DNA of 64,000 nt from Eledone cirrhosa (GCA_964016885.1 OZ024742.1:104842001-104906000); one strand, 5' to 3'; shown: positions 11,469 to 25,305, counted from the first letter of the stretch. The notes: generated by a model not told the origin, from the sequence alone. Program-made: numbers and translations.

Positions 11469-13261
11469 ATATATATATATAATAAATTATTGGCTAAACC
11501 TACTAATTACCTATGTCATTTTGCCCATGAAATTTATGTTTATGAGATGGGTATAATGACTAATATCATTAGCCTGTAATTTATGATTACTTCATACATT
11601 TATGATTAACTTTAATCATAAACCTTGAATTGAGTTGTAATACCTTTCCATGTTGGATGCTTGTAGAAGTAGCCTGTCCATCTAATGCTAAAGTGATTGA
11701 CAGATTATCTGTGGAATAAGCAAGATGATTGTGGTGATTCAAATACTTAATTTACCCCAGTATTTGACTGGTACGATAAAATAAAGTATCAGTCAAGAAC
11801 TAAGGTTGATTTAATTAATTTTGCCCTTCCTTCTTAATTAGAAATCAATATTTAGTTAAAAAGTTGATACATTTTTAGATACTTAAAGAATCAATCATTT
11901 TATGAAGTATTGAGGAAATATAAATTTTGAAAGTATGTAAGTATGTTAGCTTATTGTAAGTTATTACTATGTATATTTTCACTATGAAATGTTGTCAACA
12001 AGTTGGGCATATCCCCTAACGATATAAAAAAAAAAAAAGGACACAGTATCACCTCATCATCATCATTTTTACATTCATTTTTCCACGCTTGCATGAATTG
12101 GATGGGTCTTTCTCAGAATGGCATCTCTCCATTCGTCGCATTCTTTCATCCTACATGTGTTGGATATCTGCACTTCCCTTTGAATTAAATACTGTTGTGA
12201 CATTGGTAATACATTTGACCAGGAATCACTGGCTTTGTGGACTGAGTAGTCTCAATGGATTTATTATTAGTATTTTGATGGGGTTGTTAGGCATGGCTAT
12301 GTGGTCAAGAAGATCACTTGACACATAGGTGAATTTAGATTTGCTCTTTAAGCATGACAGTTTGGGGTATTCTATCACAGCCTCTGTTTCACCAAAGATA
12401 TGTAAGTGAGAATTCATTGACAAAGACCCTGTGGTTTCCCACGGAGAGGGACTGTCTGTGCTTTTGTGTAGCAGACTTAATGTTCCACCCAGTAACATAA
12501 TCCTAAAACACCTAGATAGAATGCAACTATTCCTCTACCTTCACATAAAACACAAAACATATACCATTTTTTAAACAAGTTTTATCTCGTTTATTGTATT
12601 TTAATACATTCTAGCTTCTCCCTCCCAGATTATTATAGCTTGCTTCTTACCTTGTCCTGAACTGCATGCACTACTAAAAAAACTACACAACCCACTATAC
12701 ATAAAAACACCTAAAGTCTGAAGCTATCAATCACTGCACTGACAAGCATACCAATTCTGTCAAATTCACAGAAACTGAATGCTGGGAAAAGACCTTAATA
12801 ATTCTAAAGACCAACAAAACTCCACTTTCCTCCTATGTACATCATCACCCCAGTTTTATGTCTATATTTCATACTTACATGGGTTAGGTGGGTTGTCATG
12901 TTCTTAGGCTAAGTAGGTCAGATGACTACATCTCACACATACATTTTATTTGGGCATGGTTTCTACAGTTGGATGCCCTTCCTCATGCCAACCACTTCAC
13001 AACGTGTACTGGCTGTGTTTTATTTTGGCACTGCCACTACCAATTGACAACTGACAAAGTGCTTTTTATCATGTCACCAGTACTACCTCTTTTCAACAGT
13101 GGCAGCTAGAGCTGATGTCAATATGCTAAACCTTACAAAAGAGATGATGAAAATACTAACAAGTGGAGGAAGGCTGTGCTGGAAAAGAAGCATCCAGCCC
13201 ATGAGAGCATGGAAGGTGAATGTAAATAATGATATATATATATATATATATGTGTGTGTGT

Positions 13262-13387
13262 AAGAGTTGGGACCGCGACTGCTGAGCTAGTTTCAGACTC
13301 TATCATATTACCATACTCTACTAACCCAAGTATCGAGTACTCTGGTGAGTAATGGTCTAAACACTGTCATACTGTATCCATCTTGAT
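13262..13387 (+). mobile_element. Diverged family A tail fragment
   Basis: actctactaacccaagtatcgagtactctggtgagtaatggtcta matches the tails at 4616-4660 and 42310-42350 (minus). Confidence 0.55.
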
Positions 13388-15856
13388 ATATATATATATG
13401 TGTGTGTGTATAGTAGAGTAAATTTACTGTATATGTGTGTATGCATTTGCACCTCTGTCTATGTGAGTGTATAATTGTATATATGCTAGACAGTCCTATA
13501 CAAGCGAGACGACCAATCTTGCCTCAAGTGGGACAATTCCCGTCTAAACCCATGCTAGCGTGGAAGATAGACGTTAAACGATGATGATGAGGATAATGAT
13601 GATGATGCATGTATATACATACATATACATGTATGTGTAATACATACACAAACACAGAAACACATGCATGTATGGTAATAAGTGATTGATGAAAATATAT
13701 ACATTGCTGTTTTATTGAAAGAAGCACAAACACAACAATAAAACAACCATAACCATATCAATCATAACAACAATAACAAATAACAACAACCATAAAACCA
13801 TAACAACAACAGTATCAAAAACAGGAATATTGGAGAAAAAAATAATTTTCTTTAATATTTGTTGATTTTTGTTGTTGTTTGTTTTTGTTTTGTTTTGGCT
13901 TGTTTGCATTTATTGAAAGCTAAACTAAAATAAATGATGTTTTCATGTATAAACTTCACTATTTATGTGACTTATAAATGTCACAGACTTTATTTTCTAA
14001 GATGCCATTTGATGTTACTCATTAACCTAGAAAAGGGGAAAGAGGTGAAGGAGGAGGCGATGGCAATGGAGGGATGGGGGAGTATAGTATTCAGGGAGGG
14101 AGGATGTGGTCAGAGTTTGGGGGTTTTATAACATGTGCAGTTCCATATTAAAGACTGTTTGTGTAGAGTAGTAGTTCCATAGAACACAAGAGTTCCCCAA
14201 ACGAGTGTCTGGGGCTTTCTGAAAAAAGTAGAGGAGTATATTTATATTATGACCATATAACAGTATTAGACTTTGGGGTTCCCCAAAAAGTTCCTGAACC
14301 AAAAAAGGTTCCACATTTGAAAAAGTATGGGAAACCCTGTTATAGAGGCATTCCGTTGTTATGTTACAAGTATATTATCTGACAACAAAGACCGAACTAC
14401 TGAATGACATTTGGCAGACACATTTTGAGTAAGAAAAGAAGAAAGGAAAAGACAGGAAAAAAAGGAGAAAACTAAGAAAAGAGAGGTAAGTATTAACCCA
14501 TTTGATACCAAACTGCCTGAAACTTGCTGTAACCACTCTTGGTTCTACAATACTAAGTTGTTTAATGTAAAGTATGATGTGCTCATGCACAGAAATGCTA
14601 TAATATAGTTTATGAAATAGGGTGAAGACCCTTAAAAGATGGACAAAGAAGTTGCCATCAGCCCCTATGAGGAATTGAACCTCATATCTGCCAGATACTG
14701 GCTAGGTGCTTTAAAGCTAAGGGACCTTGACAACACTCTTTCAACTTTTTAACAATAAAGCAGAACAACAGCTTTTCAGATGTCAACAGACAGACAAACA
14801 GATTGACAGACAGACAGACAGCTGTATGTATACAAACAATGTATGTAGTCAAGAAATTGGACTTTGAAACACTGAGAATATAGAATTAATGTAAAGGATG
14901 GTGTGCTCATGTGCAGAGATGCTATAAAATAGGATGAAGACCTTTAAAAGACAGAAAACAAGTTGTTTATATTAAAGTGTTTATATTTATTTAAGGCAGT
15001 CAAATTAGCCTAGATGTTCAAGTGTTAGATATTTGTTCCAGATCTCTATGTTCTGAGTTCTTTACTGAGGTTTACTTTGTCTTTCATTCTTTCGAGGTTG
15101 ATAAAGAAAGTACCAGCTCAGTGCTGATGCAGTCCTCTTTCCTTCTAGCTGTTATATCCTAGGTGTTCTGCTGAATCAAAGGATGGAGTGTTGAGAGGTA
15201 TCTGTGTCTGATCATAACTGCTTAGGTGCCTAAAACCCTTAGCAAAAGCATAGGATATACTATCAAGTCACACTCGATTGTGAGTGACAGCTGTAGTTTT
15301 TATATTTATTCTAAACCTTCCATTATAATAACCCTTGTGGGATTTGAACTGAAGAGGCATAACTAAATATAGTTTGTCACATCACCATTCTTCAGCCATT
15401 CAACCTTTTTGTTAAGGAAATATTGCTAATGAAATATTTTGTATTTTATATAATGAAAAAATTGTGATTTACTAAAATTATAATTTCATTATGATGATAT
15501 TTGTAACAACAAAATATTCTTATATGATATTATGATGGAAGGTATTAATTTTAAGTAGGCCACCTTTAAAATGGGCAATTTTGTTTGATAGAAACAGAGG
15601 CTGTTTTGGGTAGGTTGATATCAAAAGGATTAATTTATAAATCTGAAAATGTTAGTCCAATCTGCATTACAATATACCCAATGTTGCATGATCAAAATTT
15701 TTTCTACAAATTTATGTTGTCCCCAACAAACTATACAGCAGATACTAACCCTATCCACTGCAATATGTACCCTTTTTATCAGCCCTGATTCAGTATATCT
15801 ATGACCATGATCATCCTATTTTTTTTTAAAACAGTTTATCCATGACTATATTATAT

Positions 15857-16575
15857 TTAACTCTTAACATCCTGTACCACATCAAACAGCATTACTAAGG
15901 GATTCTTGAGAAATACAAAACAGCATTATGACTATTTCACATTAAAAATTTAAATCTTTAGTTTATTGCAAAATTTCACCATGACCTGTGTACTAGTAAA
16001 GATATAAACATAAATTATCAAACCTGTTTTTAGATATTTTCTCCTAAATCATTGCAAGATGTTAAGAGTTAATGCCCTGTACCATATCAAAGAGCATTAC
16101 CAACATATTCTTGAGAAATACAAAACAGTACTATGATAGCTGCCCCACATTAAAAATTAGAATTTTTACTTTAGTTTATTGCAAATTTTCACATTGATAT
16201 TGCCACTACTAAAGATACTATAAACATTTGAATTACCAAACCTATTTTGGAGGCACATGGCTTAGTGGTTAGAGCATTGGCCTTGCAATCGAAAGGTTGT
16301 GAGTTCAATTCTCAGACCGGGTGATGTGTTGTTTCCTTGAGCAAGACACTTTATTTCACATTGCTCCAGTTTACTCAGCTGTAGAAATGAGATGATAGGA
16401 ACTGGGGTTCCTATCATTCCACTGCAAAGTGGTCGTGGAGGTGCCACGGCAAAAAAGCACCCAGCACTCACTGTAAATGAGGTTGGTGTTAGGAAGGGCA
16501 TCCAGCTGTAGAAATCAAGCCAGAATCAGTTCCCGTCCCACCCTTGCAAGCAGGGAAAAGTGGACGTAAAATGAA

Positions 16576-16608
<33 letters not shown>

Positions 16609-16649
16609 AAATATTCCCTGCAAAAACATTGCAGGATGTTAAAAGTTAA
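15857..16649. mobile_element. Tandem pair of piggyBac-like MITEs, the second interrupted by a SINE
   Basis: TTAActcttaacatc...gatgttaagagTTAA (15857-16072). A second homologous unit ends gatgttaaaagTTAA at 16649. Confidence 0.6.
16249..16604 (+). mobile_element. Full-length tRNA-derived CORE-like SINE with RTE-derived 3' tail
   Basis: A box tggcttagtgg, B box gagttcaattc, central ccttgagcaagacacttt...cagctgtagaaatg, tail shared with the RTE 3' UTR, (GAT)n end. Confidence 0.9.
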
Positions 16650-17897
16650 AGAACATTGAGTGTGGTTTGAGGGATATTTGGTTGCTATTTCTATTAAGCT
16701 AAATAACTTCATAGAGTTACCTTTACTGACTTATCAAAATATTGGTTGATTGAGATGATTGGCACCTCTCACTCACAGTTCATTTGTTTTTCATTCCAAT
16801 TGGAAAAAGAAAACAAACTCTCTGTTTTTGTACTCCAAAGGGACTGACTAAACTATCAAAAAATAATGAAGAAAATCATCATTATCATTATTACCGTTTA
16901 ACTTCCATTTTTCCAGTCAGATGAATCAATATTATTACTAGCAATGTGGTATAAACAACTGCAAAGATCCATTCACCAGGGATATGAGAAAGTTAATAAT
17001 GATTTATAAGTTTGGTAATTTATATTATCAACCCTGGAAGGATGAAAGGCAAAGTTGACCTTGGTGAGATTTGAACTCAGAACAAGAAGGGCCATAACTA
17101 AATGTTGCACATCATTTTGTCCAATACTCTAACAATTGTATGAATCCACTATCTTTTGAGAATGTTAGTAATATAAAGAATAATTTCTAATAAAAGCACA
17201 GGGTCCTCACATTTTTAGAGGAAGAGTGCACTTGATTAAACCAACATAAAGGGACATCTAGTATTTTGCAGTGTTCATTCCGGCTTTCTGAGCTCTGAGT
17301 TCAAATCCTACCAAGGTCTATTTTGCCTTTTATCCTTTTGAGGTTGATAAAGTAACAATGCAGTACTGGTGTCAATTTTTCCTCTATATCTCAGCCATAA
17401 AAAGGGTTGGGAGGACCCTTCAGTTGTATCAAGGACAGCCTCCTTAGTATTGGTGAACTATCTCAGGCTTGTCTGGGAGGTCCGTAGTCCCACTTCAGTA
17501 CTGACTATGAAGACCCATCCAATGCTTTCCAGCAGGGAAAGTGGGAGTTAAACAATGATAATGATCACTTTCTCATCTCTTCTCTCTCTCCTTCTCTAGA
17601 AGAAATCAGCTGTGTTCAGACCTGGATATGAATGAACTCTACCAAGTTTTAAATTCCCAAGACATGTTGTATGTCACTATGACTCCATCAGGAGTTACAG
17701 GTCCATACATACAAAGGGACGTAACTAAATGCTTCAAGATATTCCAGTCTAAGAAAAAAACAAACAAACATTACAGTAAAAATAACTCATATTCGATTTA
17801 TCAAAGATTGACATTTAACATGAATATCAATATAGATGTGTGTGTGAGAGAGAGAGCATGTATGTATGTAAGTGTGTATATATATATATATATATAC

Positions 17898-18493
17898 AGT
17901 TGGTGCTACTGGTAACATGTATCCCAGTACAACCTGTCTCATGGTCGGGTCGTTGGCGACTAAACTGGCAACCCCACCAAGGTTTCTTGGTGAGGAGGGT
18001 GACTTTGGACATCCTGCAGGACTAAAAACAAAACCTGTCAAAGGGCAAAGGAGCTCTTAAGAGTCAATGGCCATCCAAAATCACTGGGAGAGATGACCCC
18101 TTAGCCTTTGTCAAGGCAGAATTCTAGGAGAAGGAAAACTCTGATATAACACCTGCAACCCTGATGGTATCCAATGATGTTGACTTGTTCTTCTTTTTGG
18201 TAAATATCATCTTGGTTAAGAGAGTGGGACTGGCTTTGTGCAGTGCCTTTGCTCACTATAAAAGCTTCACGGCACAGGCATTGCTTTGTATCTGGAGATC
18301 TCTCTGCACTTGTCATCACATGGTACCATGGGCCCAGCACTATGTGTCAATAATTGTCACAGGTGTAGTGTTTGTACCAGAGTTTTCAAGTCGCTGGCTG
18401 GACTAAAGTTACATTCGTTCAGCGCATCGGTAGGAGTTCTCCTACATGGATATAAAGTAGTGGCCGTACTCGAAAACGAGTTGGCAGCCACCA
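17898..18493 (+). mobile_element. About 600-bp non-coding repeat family, probably RTE-derived non-autonomous element
   Basis: High identity to 41235-41828 (minus) and 20309-20604. Contains ctaggagaaggaaaactc, which resembles RTE 5' UTR motifs. Microsatellite tail. Confidence 0.75.
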
Positions 18494-18645
18494 TATATAT
18501 ATATATGTATGTATTTTATGTGTATAAATATGACTGCTTTTTTGCTCAAGTTGTAGTCATACTCAACTATCATTAGTAAATAATATATATATATAATAGT
18601 AGTATAAATATAAGTATAAGTAGCCAGACTTCGTAGGTTGTTACT

Positions 18646-18721
<76 letters not shown>

Positions 18722-18816
18722 TATATATATATAGAAACACTACAATTGGATGGAGGCCGTGCTGCAAAAGATCTCTCCAACTAATGCAAGCTTGGAAAAA
18801 TAGACATAAAATGATG

Positions 18817-18884
<68 letters not shown>

Positions 18885-18899
18885 GATGGAAAGAGAGAG

Positions 18900-19330
18900 A
18901 GAGGGGGTCAAAAGGATTAGGGTGACTGGGGTAGAGTGAGGAGTTGACCACCTCACACCAAATAACTGCCCCATATGGATAGTGTCTCCAACAGCCTCTT
19001 CTAACTGCTTGGCTTCCCATGTTGACTCCTGCTTTAAATCGATGGCAGAGGTGCAAAAGGTGTCTCTGGCACCTCAAATCCAGACAGCTCTGGGCTAGGG
19101 AGCTCATCACAGATGAGGCAAACTCATCAGTCTTGGTTGGCAACTGCCAAGGAGAAGGACTTTCCAAAGAAAATCCTATAACTTGAGGACCTTACTGTCA
19201 CTGTCCTAGCTTGCTTGGCTATGACAGATGAACACCAAGTGGAAAGGATGGAGTCAGTTATGTCCACACAGCAGCTCACCTTAAAACCCCATTGAGCAGG
19301 CATGAAGGTTGCATCAAATCTTTCAATATC
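18900..19330 (+). mobile_element. Probable degenerate RTE 5' UTR-like fragment
   Basis: ggcaactgccaaggagaaggac motif similar to the 17898 family. GC-richer island between microsatellites. Confidence 0.35.
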
Positions 19331-19336
19331 CTTTTC

Positions 19337-19398
<62 letters not shown>

Positions 19399-19404
19399 CA
19401 TACA

Positions 19405-19599
19405 TTTGAAAAGAGGAAAAGAATGACTATGTAGATCTACATTGCAAAATTATAAAATTATAAAATTAAATTGTTATAGAATACCAACTACAAGTGAAGT
19501 AATTCTTTTACTTTTTTCAAATATACCTAACTGTGCCAAGGATCTCACACAGTTTCCAATATATATATATAAATTTAATTATTAAAAATTTGTTAATAT

Positions 19600-19661
<62 letters not shown>

Positions 19662-19810
19662 AAAAAAAGGAAAAGAATGACTTCACTTGTAGTTCTAAAC
19701 AATTTGATTTATAATATTATAATATTATAAAATTAAATCAAATTGTTTAGAGCTACAAGTGAAGTCATTCTTTTCCTTTTTTTTCAAATATACCTCACAC
19801 ATTTTCCAAT
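19405..19810. repeat. Two related AT-rich fold-back elements (19405-19560 and 19658-19810)
   Basis: tttgaaaa..ggaaaagaatgact ... agtcattcttttcc..ttttcaaa inverted arms, each followed by a tail ending ctcacaca..ttccaat. In (TA)n. Confidence 0.7.
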
Positions 19811-20308
19811 ATATATGTATATATACACACAGGCATATATATATACATATATACACATATATATGTATATACAGGTACACACACATAAATTATTATACCC
19901 TTAGTCTATTATAACAGATGAAGTTATATAGTTTTGCCCTTCTTAGTTTGAAGTTCAACTCCTTGGCCTAATCAAGTATTTCTGACACTACAGAAAAATT
20001 GTAGTTCCTTCCGTAGTGATGAATTACTTCATCCGTTCTCACTGCTAGATGACTGACTTCAACTATGTCAGATGCAATTTCCGAATTTTTTTAGAAGCCA
20101 CTTGGTCAGCAGATACTAGTGACCAAAACATATTGCAATAACTACTGTAAAACTACTTTCGGAAGTGTAAAATGCTTTTAACATTTTTTATTTTGTGTGT
20201 GTGCTTGTATATTTTACTCAAGAATTGCTTAGCTACATACATTCTAAATAATTGTTAATATATATATAAGCTGTGTACATCCATTGTATGATTTTGGCTT
20301 GTATGTAT

Positions 20309-20604
20309 GTAAATATTATCTTGGTTAAGAGAGTGGGACTGGCTTTGTGCAGTGCCTTTGCTCACTATAAAAGCTTCATGGCACAGGTATTGCTTTATAT
20401 CTGGAGGTCTCTCTGCACTTGTCGTCACATGGTACCATGGGCCCAGCACTATGTGTCAATAATTGTCACAAGTGTAGTGTTTGTACCAGAGTTTTCAAGT
20501 CGCTGGCTGGACTAAAAAGCCACACTCGTTCAGCGCATCGGTAGGGGTTCTCCTACATGGTTATAAAGTAGTGGCCGTACTCGAAAATGAGTTGGCAGCC
20601 ACCA
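20309..20604 (+). mobile_element. 5'-truncated copy of the 17898 family
   Basis: Matches 18200-18493. (TATG)n tail. Confidence 0.8.
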
Positions 20605-23600
20605 TGTATGCACGTATGTATGTGCATGTATATATGTGTGCATGTATGTATCTTCGTAGGTCTATGTGTGTATATATATATATACACATATATATATGTG
20701 TGTAGCCAGTTCAAAATAGATGCTCCATATCCCTGCATGTTGTAAGAGCTGATTAAAAGGGTTGGTTCCAGGAAGGAATTCTGTTTGTAAAACCTTGCTT
20801 CAAAAAGGCTCCTATGTCAACGGGCTTCCAAGACTAACTCCTGCTTTAGTGAGGGAAAATGATCCTAAAGGGCTTGTATTTAATATCCGACTACTCCAGC
20901 CTGTTCAAAATAGACAGTTCTGTATTCAATAAATAGGAATTAAGCATAAGAACTATTTCTTTGTAAGGAACAAATACCAGTATATTAGTGGTACTTCTTT
21001 GAGACTTTGAGGAAGCCTTCATGAAGTCACCCAATCTGCTTGAAATAGCAGATAAATCTACTTTGAATAGTCCCCTATCATCTTAAAAAAGGGAAGAACA
21101 CAAGATTATGTAGTTTTAGATAGACTCCATCTGGAAAAAAAAGAGATAGTGGTCATGTCTTGAATCTTTTCTTCATAGATTGCGTCAAGGCTGACCGGAG
21201 ACTTTAGTCATCTTGCAATTCACTAACCATCTTTGACATCTTGCAATTCACTAACCAACTAAGGAACCCCAATATGCCGATTCGATCTGCTAAAAACAGT
21301 AACCAAATCTCTCTAAAAAGAAGGGTACACTAGATAATGCAATCAGAAATTCTTCTTAAAAAGACCATGTGATCAATTGTGAAATATCATAGGTTTAATC
21401 AATCAGAACAGACACCAGGATTAAACAAAAGCAACAACAACAATACTGACAACTTGTACATAATTTATCAACCTCAGAGTCAGCCCTGTAGTGTTTGAAC
21501 ACAGAATGATAATGCTTCAAAATTTTGACATTGGAAAGCATCAAGTTTAGCCACTATTTTTCTCAATTCAGTAAATTGTGATGTTTATTAGTTGTAAATA
21601 TACATTAATTCATGCCTATAAACATTGAAACATAACTACACATATGGCAGTATGGCAAGGATTTTAGGCACTTAGGGTAAATTAGATCCGGTGACCAAAA
21701 TAATTAGGGTAATGTAAAATTAATTGGAAAAGCCTCCCAATGAGTAAAAAAGAGTTGGCATCTGAATCAAAGAACAGAAATGTGAGAAAAGTGTGCTACT
21801 GTAAACATATGGTAATACTCCACACTCAGCTCTTCAAAATATATCTGAAAGTTCATCAAGAAACAAATCCCTTTATTTCACTTAACCCCTTCCCCCCTTC
21901 CCCATAGACAAATAAAATGAATAAATAGATTAATACATAAAGAGATTTCAGACTTTTGTCTTTCATTTAGAGATCCAGTGAGAGAAAGTTAAGCATGTGG
22001 AGAATTTAATGGAGCTGTTAATTAAAAAATAAAACACCTACAAAGAGGTTTAGCTAATTTGTCTGAGGAAAGAAGACAGAAGCTACCCCAAAGACTCCAT
22101 GGAGGTCTCTCTCTCCTAACAAAGACAGGGTGATATGGTTGTGAGAGGTTGGTATGGTTACTACTTAGTTTATAAGGCCCATACTTGTGTGGTATGAGGT
22201 GAGCAAGTATGAACTGCTGAATGATATATTTCTAAGGATGAAAAGTAGGGAGAAAATATTTAATGTGGTGATGGGTAGGTGATATGAAGTGAAATGTAGT
22301 ATAAATGACAAGAATAGATGTGGTAAGAGATGGTTTTATATCTAAGTAGGAGGAAATATGCAATGCTGGATTAAGGCATAAGTTATACAAGCTACAGCTT
22401 AGGGCCTAGCAGTATGCAGAGGTCCTCAAAATAATTTAAAGGCATATAGGTTTTCAATTTTTATGAGACCTTCTGGTTTAGGTTTCAAACTAAGGGCCTC
22501 CAAATTTTATACAGATTAGGGGCTCACCTAGTCTAAATCTGGCACTATATGTATGCCATAGTCCAGAGGAACAGAGACTGGTGTAGCATTGATAGTAGAT
22601 GGTAAAGGAAGAAATTATTTAAATGTCATTAATAGATGTCTGGAAATGTTGGAATATGATCTGGGTTAACTTGAATAGTAGATTCAAACCATTGCTCAAA
22701 TTTAACAACACTACTTGGACCTTGGATGTCTTTAGTGAAGTCCCCTGAATTGCAAGCTTTCAGGTCAGATCTTCAGTTTAATGCTAACTTCCTCTCTTCC
22801 ACACATCAGTCTCAGAAACCCTGAAATACGTCAGGTGTGCTGCTTTTATACCTCTGATAAAACAATTAAAAAAAAAAAAAACACTGAGGGGATTGGGAAA
22901 CCAATTAACCAGTCAGAAGTTTATAGTTTATATCCTATCACCTGTGTATCTCTATATCCATAGTCACCAAGACATTTAAGTCTCAAATTTGCCAATACTA
23001 CACCTGATATCCCCCCTCCATACACACGCACACATGTATATCATGACTCAAACACTGTTCTCTTTCCTGACATTTGTACATTATTCTATGTACTATACAT
23101 GCACCTTTGTTGAGTTGTAGTGCACCTGAGCACTGTACACACTAATTTCATTATTATCACTCCCACTAATCCAAAGCTGTATTAACCTATAGTCAGGCCC
23201 CTAGGCTTTCAAATATTTTAGATCTTTTCTGGCACTTCAATCTTTCAACCCACTACAGCACAAAAAAAACTGATGGACGCCTAGTTCCGGGCCCCTAGTT
23301 CTTGTGGCTTCAACCCAGTTAGCCTTATTAATGAAATAGCCCTGTTCAAAGCTGTAAATAAACAACACAAAATAGAGTGTCTCATTGCTAAAAACAGTAA
23401 CAGCAGTGAACATTTGACAAGTGTTTTGTATCAGGCAGTGCTGAGTTTAGATGATGATTGGGTTATAACAGAAGCAGCATCAACATCAAGGCTATTTCCA
23501 GTTCTCCTAAAGTAGCTGACCTGAATGCATGTGCAGCAAGGAGGTTGCATACATTGGATCATAACTTCGAATATAGAAACCTTCCTAGAGCAAAAAATTT

Positions 23601-23908
23601 TGTGGGAAGAACATGATGAGTTAGGCTAAACTATTTACCAATGCTTTATCAGTGATGGGAAGATATGAGCAAGAAAGAAGTAAAAGAACAGATTGCACAA
23701 TGTTTAGTACATAGTCCCAGGAGAGAAAGTGTAGGTACCTTGTTAAGAAAGGCAAGTTCTAACAGTGAGTAGATTTTTTTGGAAATGAGCCAGCAAGTCT
23801 AGAGGAGGTGCAGGCATAAACATGAGAGAAGAGACAGCTGGAAAAGACAGCTTGAAAGTGAGTCATATGCTGAATGTTGTCAACAAGGGTTTGCCAAACT
23901 TGAGTGCC

Positions 23909-23941
<33 letters not shown>

Positions 23942-23959
23942 ATACATAAAGAGTGGTCC

Positions 23960-24016
23960 CATATCAGATATTAAACTGATAAGAACACATCTTACACTTT
24001 GATCTTAGGCAAAAGA

Positions 24017-24018
<2 letters not shown>
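23960..24018 (-). pseudogene. U2: U2 snRNA 5' fragment pseudogene
   Basis: Minus strand ggtcttttgcctaagatcaaagtgtaagatgtgttcttatcagtttaatatctgata versus U2 GGCCTTTTGGCTAAGATCAAAGTGTAGTATCTGTTCTTATCAGTTTAATATCTGATA. Branch-point pairing region is mutated and there is no Sm site. Confidence 0.85.
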
Positions 24019-24080
<62 letters not shown>

Positions 24081-24386
24081 ATATAGAAATTAATGGTGGG
24101 CAATAAGCCAACAGTATTTCATAATATATAAGTGACTATAAGGTATATATATCTCCTAAGGTGTGGCTGTGTGGTTAAGAAGTTCACTTTGCAATTACAT
24201 GGTTTTAAGCTCTATTGCACTATATGGCACTTTTGGTAAGTGACATCAACTGTAGCCTCAGGCTGACCAAAGCCTTGTAAGGTAATTTCATAGATGGAAG
24301 CATAAAGGAAACCCATCCTATATATATATATCACATGTGAATAAACATAATAATGTTATTTTGATACCTTGTTCCAACTGTGGATT

Positions 24387-24760
24387 GGCAGTATCAGTAG
24401 AGGGTTGGGCGCCATGCTTTGAAACATAGAGTTACCTCCCTTTATGATCTGAGTTCAAATCCCGCCGAGGTTAACTTTGCCTTTCATCCTTACGGGGTCG
24501 ATAAAATAAAGTACCAGTAATGCACTGGGATAATTGCTGACCTGGTGCCAAAAGTAGAAACAATTATTTTGGCAGTATCGGTAGAGTCGGACACCATGCT
24601 TTGCAGCATAGAGTTACGGTCCTTTATGGTCTGAGTTCAAATCCCACCGAGGTTAACTTTGCCTTTCATCCTTATGGAGTCGATAAAATAAAGTACCAGA
24701 AATGCACTGGGTAATTGCTGACCTTGTGCCAAAAAGTAGAAACAATTATTATTATTATTA
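24387..24760 (+). mobile_element. Head-to-tail dimer of Nin-type SINEs
   Basis: Copies start at 24387 and 24571, each with a B box, Nin-like core and (TTA)n tail. Confidence 0.9.
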
Positions 24761-24921
24761 CTATTATTAACACACAGGTTCTAAAGTCTATGGTGTAATA
24801 CCAAATATACAATACCACAGCAACCCAGATCCATTTAGTCATTGAGTGCTCACATTGGTGAACCCATAATAACTTAAAGTTACACACCAATAAACTACAT
24901 ATATATATATATATATATATA

Positions 24922-25305
24922 TCATCATCATCATCATCATTTTACGTCCGCTTTTTCCCTGCTTGCAAGGGTGGGACGGGAACTGATTCTGGCTTGATTT
25001 CTACAGCTGGATGCCCTTTTTAAACACCAACCTCATTTACAGTGAGTGCTGGGTGCTTTTTTTTTCTGTGGCACCTACACGTCCACTTTACAGTGTGGGC
25101 TGGGTGCTTTTTTTTGCCGTGGCACTTCCACTTTGCAGTGGAATGATAGGGACCCCAGTCCTATCATCTCATTTCTACAGCTGAGTAAACTAGAGCAATG
25201 TGAAATAAAATGTCTTGCTCAAGGAAACAACACACATCACCCGAGAATTGAACTCACAACCTTTCGATTGCAAGGCCAATGCTTTAACCACTAAGCCATG
25301 TGCCT

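Noticed and set aside
12226-12498. 90-aa ORF as candidate exon
   Set aside because: Overlaps a decayed SINE-like sequence on the plus strand and has no splice support.
16249-16325. tRNA gene
   Set aside because: The A/B boxes are a SINE head. There is no complete cloverleaf, and it is joined to the SINE body in multiple copies.
19110-19135. CTGATGAG on the minus strand
   Set aside because: No GAAA/stem III/NUH follows, so it is not a hammerhead.
21770-21860. Possible minus-strand exon after tttcag (IYFEELSVEYYH...)
   Set aside because: No convincing donor before the stop codon and no recognisable homology.
22360-22545. Possible hAT-like non-autonomous element (also about 37320-37517 and 37775-37958)
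   Set aside because: Termini are too degenerate to define TIRs or TSDs by eye.
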